NCBI GenBank assembly: GCA_036172245.1
Contig: JAYWIR010000023.1
Span: 1 to 64,000, forward strand
Origin: Raillietiella orientalis
Lineage: Eukaryota
DNA: 64,000 nucleotides
Direction: 5' to 3'
The translations under genes were made by a program, and so were the position numbers. The notes beneath the pieces are model-generated. The model was not told the DNA's origin and searched no databases. It worked only from the letters and a program-made list of their open reading frames with translations. Of the stretch, positions 34,867 to 47,206 are shown piece after piece (position 1 is the first letter of the stretch; each line of letters begins with the position of its first letter).

Positions 34867-37800
34867 ATGGTTATGATTAAAGCAAATGACATTATTAACT
34901 ACACCTTGGATGATATCATTAAATCGAACTCAGACAAACGGTTGTATAGAGCTGTTGAATTAAAGAATGGCATGAAAATTTTGCTTGTAAGTGATCCGGA
35001 TACTGACAAAGCAGCTGCTGCAATGGGAGTTAATGTAGGTATGTATTCCATAGTCTTATAACTGGGTTTGCATTTAATTGAAAATAAATTTAGGTCATTT
35101 AAGTGATCCTGATGACATTCCTGGCCTAGCCCATTTTTGTGAGCACATGTTGTTTCTTGGAACAAAAAGATTCCCTCAGGAAAATGAATTCTCTAAATTT
35201 CTGTCAGAGCATGGTGGTTCTACCAATGCATGCACCTCCACTGATACAACAAATTTTTTTTTCGATGTATCTCCACAACATTTGACTGAGGCTATTGAAA
35301 GGTAATAACTAATTTCTCTGTCTAATATTTATTACCTTGTGCTTCCATATTTGTTGATGTCATTGTATATTAAGAAATCGAACTTTCTTTTCAGATTTGC
35401 TCAGTTTTTCATTAATCCTCTCTTTAATGAGGACTCAACTGAAAGGGAAATAAATGCAGTTCATCTTGAGCATGAAAAGAATATTCCTTTGGATAACTGG
35501 AGGTGGATACAACTGGAAAAGCAGAGTTCAAAGCCTGGTCATCCATATAGAAAATTTTGCGCAGGTAAAAAGTATTTGATTGCAGATCCATATGCGGTAC
35601 TTAGCATTTATATTGTTTATCCTACGTAGTCACACCACAATGATGGCCTCTAACTTTGAATTCATGAATTTGAAAACAAGATTCATGAATTAAAAGTTGG
35701 AGCCATCAATAAGATTTATCCATTCATGGATGAGAATTTATGATTTTTTTCTAACTTGTTTGCTAATTTTGAAATCCAGCATATTGTGGGGAGTATATGT
35801 ATAATGCATGTTGGAACATACGTCCTTACACTAGTTGCTATTTATTTCTTCAATTTTGTACTTGATTTGTCGATTATTGAGGTTTTGCACATGGAAATAA
35901 ATTATTTCTTGAGGATACACTCGGGAAACACTATATGTGAATAGAAATAAGTAATGAACTGCTGAAAACTTATGAGAGTTAAAGGAAGAACAAAGCTTAA
36001 TATCAGTTTTTATTGTGAGTTCTAACACTCTTAACTTATTCATTAATGGGTTTGTATTATTCCAAACCCATGCATTATCAAGTGAAGCAGGTGACAAGTA
36101 AAACGAAGATGATATCCTTCTATAATTTTCTAAGCATGCAAGCAATGTTTTTCCATAAGCTGAAATATATGAATTCATGAGTTACTATAACCAAATTAAA
36201 GATGAATTGCTAAAATACAAATAGCATATGTAAAAAGAACTTATATAATCATACACTCAATGATGGAAGTTTGAAATAATTTTTTTGAACGTTGGATTGC
36301 ATCGTGTTCTCCAAGTGGACAGTATTGAGTATCTTTAGGAACTTGGTTGCAGGCAAAACATTTTAAAAAGAGAAATTGCAATATACCCATAGCAGGATCA
36401 CCTTAGTTTCAACAGAGAAGCAGAATTTGAGACTTTTCAATCAAGTTTAGAATGATGAACAGTTTATGGGATAATTCGCCCAGTTGAACAAGTACAAAGT
36501 ATACTTTTCATGCTCAGAGTGGAGGAAAGAAGAGCATATCCAAAATTCAGAGGAAAATATTCTTCAGTGTGGTGGATTATCTATCTTGTTTGTATTGTTA
36601 GGTTTGCTGAAAAATTATGATAGTAAAGCAATTCTTTGGTTTCGAGTCAGAGGATTCAAAGGCATTGTGGTGGAAAAGGGGAGTCATTCAAGATGCAAAT
36701 GTCCATATCAAGTGTGAATGTTTTGATTGCATTGTGACATTCATGCTGATATCAGAACAGTGATAAATTATCAAATATGTGAGATGTCTGATATAGAATG
36801 CAACATTAAACTCCTGTCTAACCATATTTTAATTTCAATTTTAATTATTGTACTTTCAAGTTTTAACTTGAAGTACATGCTGTGTAGTGTGCATAATATG
36901 TTTTGAAGTTTATCACTCATGAAGAGAGCTTGTTGTCTACATTGTGATAAACAACAGCATTCTTTTATAAATATGTGTGAAAGCTGCTCATAAGTAATCA
37001 CAATGTAAATCCACGATTAGCAAATATGGTCAAAATTTTGAGAAAGCAATGTGAATGAGAACGCAAATTCAGGGAGGGTTCTTAAACTGATGGAGTGTTC
37101 AATGAATGCAATTTTGCATTGATTTTAATGTGCCTCTTACACTAGCAGTATAGCAACTTTATGGTGGCGACTGCTTTTTCCCTGCATTTACAGCAATGGT
37201 TATTCATTCTCTGATCATTGTGATTGTATAGGCAATTAATACAAACAAGGAAAGCTTTCTGTATCAGTGGAAGAAGAAATCGAATGTTATCGATCTATTT
37301 GGTTAAGCAGATGTTGAAAATATTGTTAAAGACCTAAGTTTTGATTTTTTTGTTTATTTTTAGGAAACAAAAAAACACTTCTGGAGGATCCACTTAAAAA
37401 TGGAATAGATGTAAGAAAAGCCTTGCTAGAGTTTCACAAGACTTGGTATTCATCTAATCTCATGTCTTTAGCTGTTGTAGGCAAAGGTATGCATTTCAAA
37501 AGGCTTTTTGATGTTTGCATTTTTGTCTTTTCTCACGTTTTTTCTCTCACCTTTTTCAATGTTAGCCATTGAACTTGTCTTGTTCCAGAATCATTAGATG
37601 ACCTTGAAAGAATTGTGGTATCGAATTTTTGGGAAGTAAAAAATATGAACTTACCTCTTCCGAAATGGTTGGATCATCCCTTTCAGTCTAATGAAGTCAA
37701 ATCAATGATGAAAATGGTCCCAGTTAAAGACATCCACAGGATCATAATTCTTTTTCCGATTCCTGATTTGCAAGAATTCTATAAGTCTTCTGTAAGTTCT

Positions 37801-40800
37801 ATTTACATTAAATTATAAAAGTTATGGTTGAGAAATTTTGAATACATTATGATTACATTAGCCAGGAACATACCTTTGTCATTTAATGGGTCATGAAGGC
37901 CAAGGGAGTTTGTTATCAGAATTGAAACTGAAAAAAAAGTGGGCTACTGCTCTTAGTGCAGGAGAGGTAACAGTTGCAAGAGGTTTCGGATTCTTCTCAA
38001 TCTTTATAGATCTTACAGAAGAAGGCATTGATCACTTTGAGGAAGTTGTAGTCAAGATGTTCGAGGTAAAGAATGATACTGATTAGAGGGGATATCTTTT
38101 TGTTTATAGTACATAGCCATGTTGAGAGATGAACTACCACAACAATGGATTTTTGAAGAAATGAAGCAGTTACATGATATCCGTTTTCAGTACAAAGATA
38201 AGGAGGAGCCCATTAAATATGCACGGCATTTAGTGCGATTCATCCAGGTGCAATCAATGTATGCTACCTAGGAGATATCATTGACATGTCTTTCAGCTGT
38301 ATCCTCTTCCAGAAGTGCTTTCCGGACCTTACTTACTTTATGATTACAATCCTCAACTTATCAGCAAGGTTCTCAGTTATCTGCATGTAGATAATTTTTG
38401 GTGAGCTATTTGCTAGAAATAGTGATAGTACATCTTCTGTAGGATTAATGTTATCAGCAAGAAGTTCGAGAATTCTTCTTTGCTCACTGAACCATGGTAT
38501 GGGACACAGTACAGTCAGTCAAAACTGGACAGTAGTTTTATTGAGGTAAACTTTTAAAATTACATTTTAAGGATGCTTTACTGTCATTGGGAGTAAGCTG
38601 TTTGTGAACAATTACGCGTCAACACAAATTTTTCAGGGAATTGACGAAATTTCAGCTGGATTTCGATGTTTTATGAAGACATAATTTGGGGATTTTTCTA
38701 AATATATAAGGGTAGTAGTTCAGGTATGGTGTATGACGTATTTAAATGTTGTATTTTGTGTATTAATGTTTTGTTTTTCATTTTGTGAAATATTTGCAGT
38801 TGGTTAGCAAGGGTTCGTTTGTTTAAAGTATTTTGTTTCCCAGAAGAAAAATGACTTTTTATTTGAAGTAGCAAACTATTTTGTAATTGCATTTAGGTTG
38901 TACCATCGAAGGTTTACATGGTTGAGCTACCAGCATTTTGCAGGAATGTCTGTAAGGCAAAGATTAGCCTCATTCGTTGAGGACTTCAGCACATTTTTCT
39001 GCAGCTGTGAACACCTCGTTTTTGCATGCTAATAAGATTAAGAAATGAGATTGCTTGAGATCTTAAAGCCTCTCTGTGTGTTATTGCCATCTGAGTTTGT
39101 GTATGTCAGTGTGGTATATTTCTAAATGCTATGATGGTAGAACTGATATTCTTTATTCACTATGTTCCATCAACGAGCAGAAAGATAATTATGCACGTGA
39201 ATGTAATCTGTGTAATTAATTTTCAGTGAAGCAATTTTAATGATGCATACCAATTATGCACATGAAAAAGGTGAACTCCATTTGATCGCAATCCACAGTT
39301 CCTTCACAATGACTTTTTGCTCATAAATAAATTTATTTTGCAATGTGACTGCATATTTTAACAATATTTTAGTGTTAATGAATGCACAACAGGTTGATAT
39401 GATGAGGGAAATACAATGAAAGCCTTGTTCTGCTTGCAGAAACTTCGTACAGTTTCCAAACGGGACTGCTTTTTCCTTCCTAAAAAGAATGAATTCATCC
39501 CATCCAATCTGGAATTGTGGCCTCTGGAAAGCATCAGCACTGCACAGAATAATCTTGTCACCTGTCATCCAGCATTGTTGGAAAAGTCTCCTTTAATCCA
39601 TTTTTGGTACAAGCAGGACGATGAGTTCTTTTTACCAAAATCTATTCTAATTTTGCACGTGTTGAATCCGCTATGTTATGTGGATCCCTTGCATGCCAAC
39701 ATGCTGTATTTGTACATCCAGCTGTTGCACAATTCACTCAATGAATATACTTACAATGCTGAGTTGGCTGGTCTTCATTTTGAGCTGCAGGCTACAAAGA
39801 ATGGCTTGATGGTAATTAGTAAAAGCTGAATTGAGAACCTACTGTTGGCATGATTTCTAGTTGACTGTTCATGGTTATAGTGACAAACAAGACATCCTAC
39901 TGCTGAAGATCCTGGAGAGAATGATGTCTTATGTGGTGGACAAACAGCTGTTCGTGGTATTTAAAGAAAAAGTACGCATGTTGTGCTGCTGGCTTATTTA
40001 CTTATGCATAATGTGCCTACAGTACAAACAGGATTTGAGGAACTTTCAATCTGAGACTCCCTACGTGCAGGCGACGTATTATGTGAATGTGTTACTTACT
40101 GAGAAGATATGGACCAAAGGGCAGTTGTTGCATGCTGTAGAAGGTACACATCTTACATAGCTCAAAGGACCAGAAGCTAGTTTTGTGCTCTAGATGTTTC
40201 TTCTGATCTTTTGCAGTCATTCATTGGGGAATTTTTCTCTAGTGTCTTCATCACTTGCTTGCTTCATGGCAATGTGAATCTTGAGGTATTTCTGTGGTAC
40301 ACTTTTCCCAGCGTGCGACGCTTTTTCTTTCCAGAGAGCTGGGCATGTGTTGGAGATTATTGAGAAACACTTTCACAATAGCAGACCATTGCTGGAAGAG
40401 CAGTGTATCAGGAGCAGAGATTACAAGCTTCCCAAACGTAAGTTCTTCCATCCAAGTCCTTAATTTGCTGTTGGCAGAATCAGCCTTTCGTTTTTCTGTG
40501 AACAATGCTGTGCATCCCACTCATGCTCTTGCCGTTTATTTTCAATGCACTGTTAAGAATTCAGCCAACAATGCGCAACTTGCTCTTCTAGCCCAAATGC
40601 TTCATGAGCCTGTATATGATGTCCTGCGGACTCAGGTGAGTGAGTAACACAGTTGGTAGTGCAGTCCATTTTTTCCCAAATGTGCTATAGGAACAGCTAT
40701 GCTACCTTGTCCTGAGCAGCTTGCACAAGCTGAACTGTGTCCACGGTTTGCGCTTCCTGATCCAGTCAGACAGAAGACCCGAGTATGTCAATGAGAGACT

Positions 40801-41554
40801 GGAATGCTTCCTGAGGTCTTTCTTGGTAAGGAAGAGTTACCGGACGCTTTGCCTCCGCGCGTGCTTTAAACCTACCTTAGCCTTTTGTTTTGCATCGAAC
40901 TTTGGCGAACCACACAGCACACTTTGCAAATTTCAATTCTTTATCATTTGCATATGGTTTCCCCTCAGGAAGAGCTGCAGCATATGGATTCTGAAGAGTT
41001 CCAAAACCACAAAAAGGCCATCATCTCCCGCCGTTTGGAAAAACCCAAGAAACTGATGGAGCGTAGTTTCAAGTTTTGGAGTGAAATTAACAATCAGGAG
41101 CACGACTTCGACCGTGACATTAATGAGATGGCTATCCTGGAAACACTCACCCAGGATGCAACTGTGGAGTTCTTCAAGGTGTGTGATCAGTTCCCTGCCT
41201 TGACCTTTTCTTACTTTTCATTTTGAATCTGCTTGAGGTCATGGTGCTTTCAGACCTATATCCTCAGGGATGGGTCAAGGAGGCGTAAACTGTCGGTATT
41301 TGTGTTGGCGGCAGCAGCAGCGCGAGATGTGGACTCACTGACCTCGGAGTCTTACCAAGAGCAGGTGCTTGTCATTTCATGTGAAGTCTTTTCCGAACTG
41401 ACTCGCTCTTTCTTCACTCCCTCCCTTCCACCCCCCTCCTTAGGCACAAGACATCATGAATGTGATGGAATTCAAGCAAGGACTGAGCCTGTACCCATTG
41501 CCAAGACCAGCACACTCTTGTGAAAAGTTTCTGGTCACAGCCTCACCTCCCTGA
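34867..41554 (+). CDS. IDE: Insulin-degrading enzyme (insulysin, M16A), paralog 2, AT-rich; about 19 exons
   Basis: Motifs [76 protein letters not shown] and LRTQ/EQLCYLV. Last exon [20 protein letters not shown]...ASPP* with TGA at 41552-41554. Intron positions match paralog 1. The start codon is uncertain. Confidence 0.94.
35641..35708. repeat. Imperfect inverted repeat (~32-bp arms, 4-nt loop) in an IDE paralog 2 intron
   Basis: TGATGGCCTCTAACTTTGAATTCATGAATTTG-AAAA-CAAGATTCATGAATTAAAAGTTGGAGCCATCA. Confidence 0.8.
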
Positions 41555-44500
41555 AGATGCTCACCTGTCACCACTCCCTCTTACTGAAAGTCTGTGCCGA
41601 GAAGGGTTTTCCACCGAAGGATTAAAATCAGCGGATCCCCTAACTGGTGATTCCTCAGGTTGCTAACTGTCTACAGAACTACAGCCTGGAGGGAGGGTGG
41701 GCGTTGGGAATACCGCGAGGTGGTTGTCGTTGCAGTCAGGAGCCACGTATAGCACTCACAAGATGTATTCACAGGAAGGAAGGGCTGGGATTTTCGTTCC
41801 TCCCGGGGGGGGGAGCGAATCCATTTAGATGGGGAGAGACTATATGCAAGTTACAGAATGCCGGAAGACTGAAGGGAATGTCGCTTGCTCTCTCGGCTAA
41901 GGATGTTTCGATTACCGATGATCAGCACTCCCATCCATCTAGGAGAAACGAAGGGCTCGACCAGTACGGATGCGAAGAATGAATTTGCGAAATGTAGCCG
42001 ATTTTCCAATAGGTTTCCCGAAGGCGTTGGAGAAATGGCTGTCACGACCTGCCATCGAAAGAACTTGGAGACTTCTTTAGTGAAAAGTCAGCCATCTTAC
42101 AAAGGAACCGTGCATAGTCTTAGGCGACTCCTTGCTCCCCTTCGTCATCATTCTCTGTACGATAATTGACACTGGAAGATATAAGAAAGTGGAATCGAAG
42201 CTAGATCTCGCCCGGTCGATCATCTTCAAAGCAGCTGAATGAAGAACAAACCCTTTCTTCAGCATTTAGCTCCCGCCGCGTCCCCAGATGCGTGGGCATC
42301 GCCTCCCTGTTTGGTGTTCTCCGAACCGCCTTGTTCCTCGTCCAAGCCTCCCTTCGATAGAGGTTAGGATTGGCTAAGGAAACCGAAGATAAGGACGGAC
42401 AGTGGGCTCGCCTGTGTCTGATTTTCGAGCAGACGCGAGCGCGAGCGGCCCTACTCGTAAATAATGGAAATCAATTTGGCGTGGATTTAATTCAGTCGAT
42501 TTGGAGCAGTCGAAGATGAAGATAACAGCAAGCATCTGAAAACGGGAAGAGTAAGCCCTTCCTGACATCCTCTAGTGGCCGATTCCGTTTGTCGCACTTC
42601 TTCGATTTTTGCCACTGCAGAGGAAAAAGTCGGAAAAGCTCCCTCCGCGTGCGGCATACGGAAGAAGACGCGCGCGATCGCGTCTGCTGTTAAAGCAGAC
42701 ACTTGGAGAAGCGCGTCCTACGAATTCTTCCTTCCTGGGCAGACCATCGAGTCTTTTCTTCGTACGCCAACTGCAAGCATACTTGGCAAGCAGCGTGCAC
42801 TCGTTTCCACTGCCAGTCCTCTCAAGTGAGTCGACACTGATTCGCACATGCGAATCTGTGAATGATGAGGAGAATGGGGCTGTTGTGCGGTGTGGAAGGG
42901 AAGCGGCATTTGGATAATGCTCGTGCTGCGGTCTGCGGCTTTGTTCTTCGCACCCATGTTGCAATGTGCAGTGGCCTTCTGTTTCAGGGAAGACATTAGA
43001 GAAGGTGGAGCATCTGTGAAATTCACCTAAATCTTGTTTCGAGGATGTCGTTTCCGTTAAGTCTGCAGCGTTTTGTAGGGATAAGATTGCTGGAAGGCTC
43101 AAGGGTGATTTAGTGGATGTCCAGGCTTCTGGACTCTTGAAAGTGCAGTATAGCCCTTCTGGCCCTTTCTCATCCGGTTGTGCGAAAGCGTTTATTTCCT
43201 TAAAAGCAAACTTACAAAAACTGAGAAAAAGAGTTCTCAAGGGAAGCACACGAAAGTCCGTTGGGAGGTACACCGCCACGCAGGGAGTCCGGAATGAAAA
43301 AGAGGCTGTCTCCTTTTGTGACCTCGATGCTGCGAGCGTAGATGCAGATCAACGCGTGCCGCCAAGATGACAAGATGGCACGTATGCAACCCAAGGTTGC
43401 GATCACCTCTTCTTATACGAAAGCCCATCGCGTACGAAGCATCGGGCAAGTGTTGCAGTGTCCTCTGGATGTAGCAGCGCTGAAGCCAGCCTTCGCCACA
43501 GTCCCCCTAGGGCACCGTAGTCCATCAAGAGGTGCGGGAACGATTCGATCGTCACGCACCAGGAACAGTTAGGAAATGCAACTCCTCAGGAAAAGAATAG
43601 GGAATACAACTCCTCTCTGTATACTGGAAACTCCAGTAAGGAAAGAGCATCCACCAACTCACATCTCCATTTGAAGGGGAGCACTGAAGTGTCACAGAAG
43701 GACAAGGATTGGCACTGCGGGGGACACTGACGAAGGAGTTCTTTTGCCATGGAGTGGCAAGGGGACTAGCTCATTTGTCCTTCAACCATCTTGGGGTTTG
43801 GTTACTCTCGCAATGGTTCAGAACTCCCATCCTGTCAGTTGGCTACTGTCATCGCTTGCCCTGAGAACAAACAGCACTGCAGCATAAGATGTGACGACCA
43901 GTCTGGATCGCTTCCTGGAGTCCTGCCACAGTACATCTAAGGAAATGCTACATGGATTCTTCTGAGCACGAATTTCTGGGCCACTTGGGAGATGGACAGC
44001 CAATTTCCATGGTCCCCTGCCGCCAGACTTTGAAGTCATTTGGATGACAAAAGATCCACCGATGCAACATCGAGGCAATTTGCCTGAGGATATCTGTACC
44101 TCTTTGCCTTTCAGGGGTCATGCAGCACCATGGAAAAAAGTCCCTCAAGGCCTGCGAAGAAAAACTAAAAAGACGCGGTCGTGTCTGGGGAAGGCGCTTT
44201 CTCACAGCAGTGGACAGGAAAGACTTTCTCCAATGAGTGACACAAGAGTCCTATTGAGTCCCCACCAGCAAATAGTATCCTTCTGAGCGAGCGTTGAGTG
44301 TATCTATAAGGCTAGTTATGTTGGTCAAAGAGCGAGACCAGTTCTCAAGGCTGGCATGTTTTGGGAAAGATAGGTCCTTAGCGTATATTTCGTTTGTAGT
44401 TACGCAAAAACGTTTTTATAAAACAGGATGGGTGGTAAAATCGTCTTAGCATGCTGCACTCTTCGAGCGTTGATAGGTCGTATGCTGAAAGAAATATAGT

Positions 44501-45196
44501 CTCTTTCTTGAAACTTTCGAGTTGGAAATATGGACGCAAGATTCGGTACCAAAGAGAAGTGACACGTACTCCTCACCAGCCAGCATGGAATTATCAAATT
44601 TCCTTGCAAATCAGCATTATGAGTGTTTGATTTTGAGCTCAGCAATGCCCAACATATCGCAAAAAGTACCACCGACAAGCAGCAACTTGGTCTGACCCAC
44701 TCGAATTCCTCTAGCCCTTAAATCATACTTCATCAGGATCTTTGATTATCACGAAAATCATGGAATGACCACAATCTAACCGAAACGATCACACATACCC
44801 TATATCCACTCCACCAACCTTACAAACCTTACAGACCACTAAAACCGTATTTCACAAATACTGATTTATGGTTACTTTATATCCACCAATCACACCTTGC
44901 ACGTGAGACTCGAGTCGATTTACGCGAAACGTTTATGATGCAAAATACGATTATCCCTAATGTAATAACTTTCCAGGCTCTAGAGAACCGTTAAAGACTA
45001 TCATATCTCTACAGATTACGTTCTACGAAGTCTACATTTGATGTTTACCATCAACACCTCCTTGCTACTCTGCCCTTCCATTAACCCCATAATCATCACA
45101 CCACTTCTCCCTCATGCCTCTTTCGTTGGACCTGCTCTTTAATTCCCTCTTCGTCTTCGTGATACCCTTTCATCCTCTTCCTTGATTGTGTAGCAT

Positions 45197-46040
45197 AATT
45201 TTCTTTTCAAACGTGAGATCATGCAAAATAGCAGGTATGCTCTAGGTGTGACGAAGAACAAAAACAAAATGCTCCACTCAGGAGTTCCCTCATGATGGAA
45301 ATCCTTTCTTTGTCTTCGCAGCTCTTTGACACGATTCCATGCCACCCGAGGATGGGTAATTCTTCAAGATAGGGGGTACCCCGGGAGGGGTCCGCCCTAT
45401 GAATCCGGGAAAGACTCGGAGTCCGTTCCTCTCACGCCTGGGGAAGGATCCCCGGAAATGGAGATCACCTTGGTTGTCTCCGAAGGGGAATCCCGAAGGG
45501 AATCTCCTTCCTTATTCTCTCCGGAGCACCCCAAGGGGATCTGCTCCATTCTTTCTTCTCTGAAGAGACCCCGGAAAGGATGCGATCCTGGAATTTCTTC
45601 TCTGGAGGGATCTCCCGCAAGGGATCCGCTCTTCTTTTTACTCCTCTGAAGAGAACCCAGAAGGGACGCTTCCGAAATTCAGAAGGACGCAGCTTCCCCG
45701 AAAGCATCGGCTCGCTTCTCTGCACTCTCTGGAGAAGTGGTGGCGACACACCTACTCCATCAGTACGACGCAGAGTGTCCCACCCGGAATACGGGGCCCG
45801 CTCCTTCACAACCGGAGGGGAAACCCCCCACTCCGTAATTCCTGGAAGGACCCGGAGGTCGACTCCCATTTGTCCTGGCCCTCATCGGGGGCATCCGGTT
45901 TCAACCAGCGTCATCTCGTGGGGTGAACTCGGAACCCACGACGCGCTGCGTCGATTCCCTTCGGAGTATTCGAACCCACGACACTTGGTGGCGCCACGCG
46001 CGTAGACCACCGTAACCACACGGCCTCCGACGAGGGCTGA
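45197..46040 (-). mobile_element. tRNA-derived SINE-like element, copy 2 (homologous core 45345-46040)
   Basis: Minus-strand head TCAGCCCTCGTCGGAGGCCGTGTGGTTA...GGGTTCGAATAC (B box 45966-45977). It shares blocks with copy 1 such as GATAGGGGGTACCCCGGGA, CTCGGAGTCCGTTCCTCTCACGC and AGGTCGACTCCCATT. Candidate 9-bp TSD GTGTAGCAT at 45188-45196 and 46041-46049. Confidence 0.75.
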
Positions 46041-47206
46041 GTGTAGCATTTGGCATCTGTTTGGGCGGGTGCACGTTCACTTTTTACGGTAACCAGTGTG
46101 AAGTGATGAACTGTTGAGGGCTTTCTCAGCTCGTCACCTTTGCCTGCACAGTGTTCTCACTTGCAGATTAATACCTACATTACTTCTGGTAGGAGAGAAG
46201 TATTCCTTGACTGCTTCGCTGATCAGTGATGACAAAAACTGAGTCACATATGTGGTCCTTTGTGCTTCTGATGTGTTAAGCAGAAGCATTAAGCTTGCGA
46301 GAAAATCACAACTGGTCAAACTTGTCACAAGGACGGTACTTAATTCACGGGAGCACACTAGATTCCACAATTAGGAGCTCCTGGCAGACAGTTTTAACAT
46401 CATCACAGCGAAAGGCTACCTTTATGTTTTGAGGTGCCAAGGAATACAAAGCCACACCAAAGGCGGGAAACCGCGAAAGAAGCAAATTTTGCTAACAATT
46501 CCGTTTTTTCCCTGCGAACTAAAATTTTGTGAACCGGATCATGAAGTCAGAAAGCGAAATGGCCATCTTTCTCTATTCAATCAGTCTAATTTGAAACGAT
46601 GTTGCGAAAAAAAATAAAAAATAAAACAGGCATGCAAATAAATCGCAGGACATAAGAAATCTCGTGCGTGCCATACCACAAGCTCGAATCAGCGGCAAAG
46701 AACTCTTCATGAGCTGGGATCTGTTGTGCTGGTGGCAAACATTCTTCCGGGTATCTGTCCTCATTCGAAGTGGGCACTTTGAGTGAGACGGCACGGCGCT
46801 CTGCATTAAAACCACTTTACAAATTCATCATGCACGCAACAGGGTAAAGCAACTTAATAAAGTGCATCTAAGCAAAAAACTGCACGTGGTAACTACTAAA
46901 GTGCAGGCCCGTGCCTTCAGAATCTATTCACTAAGAAACCGCATCTTAGTAACCGTCAGGTTCTTCGATTCGCAATTACGGGAGGTGATCAGCGATTTTC
47001 TGCTAAAGCAAATGTAAAAATCACGAGAACACATGTTTAAAAACAAATATCTGTATAGTTATACGACGGAAGTCACCCCCCGTATGTGAACTACAGTGCA
47101 TCTAATCCGGAGTCACCTATAAATCTGTCCCCTTTAATCAGAAAATCAATGTATTTGAGCTGTCGAAATTTACTGCAAACTTCTGTGGTAATTGTATAAA
47201 ACACCT

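Noticed and set aside
43560..45150. Possible decayed retroelement (CpG-poor, strand-skewed, weak RT-like phrase GVVFPILF)
   Set aside because: No second motif could be found by eye; it needs a profile search.
45645..45690. Hammerhead-ribozyme-like CTGAAGA...GAAA in SINE copy 2
   Set aside because: Stem II does not pair properly next to the core, and CTGA is not conserved in copy 1.
45950..46040. tRNA gene
   Set aside because: A and B boxes are present, but there is no proper anticodon arm or T-stem, and the sequence is continuous with a repeated body, so it is better explained as a SINE head.
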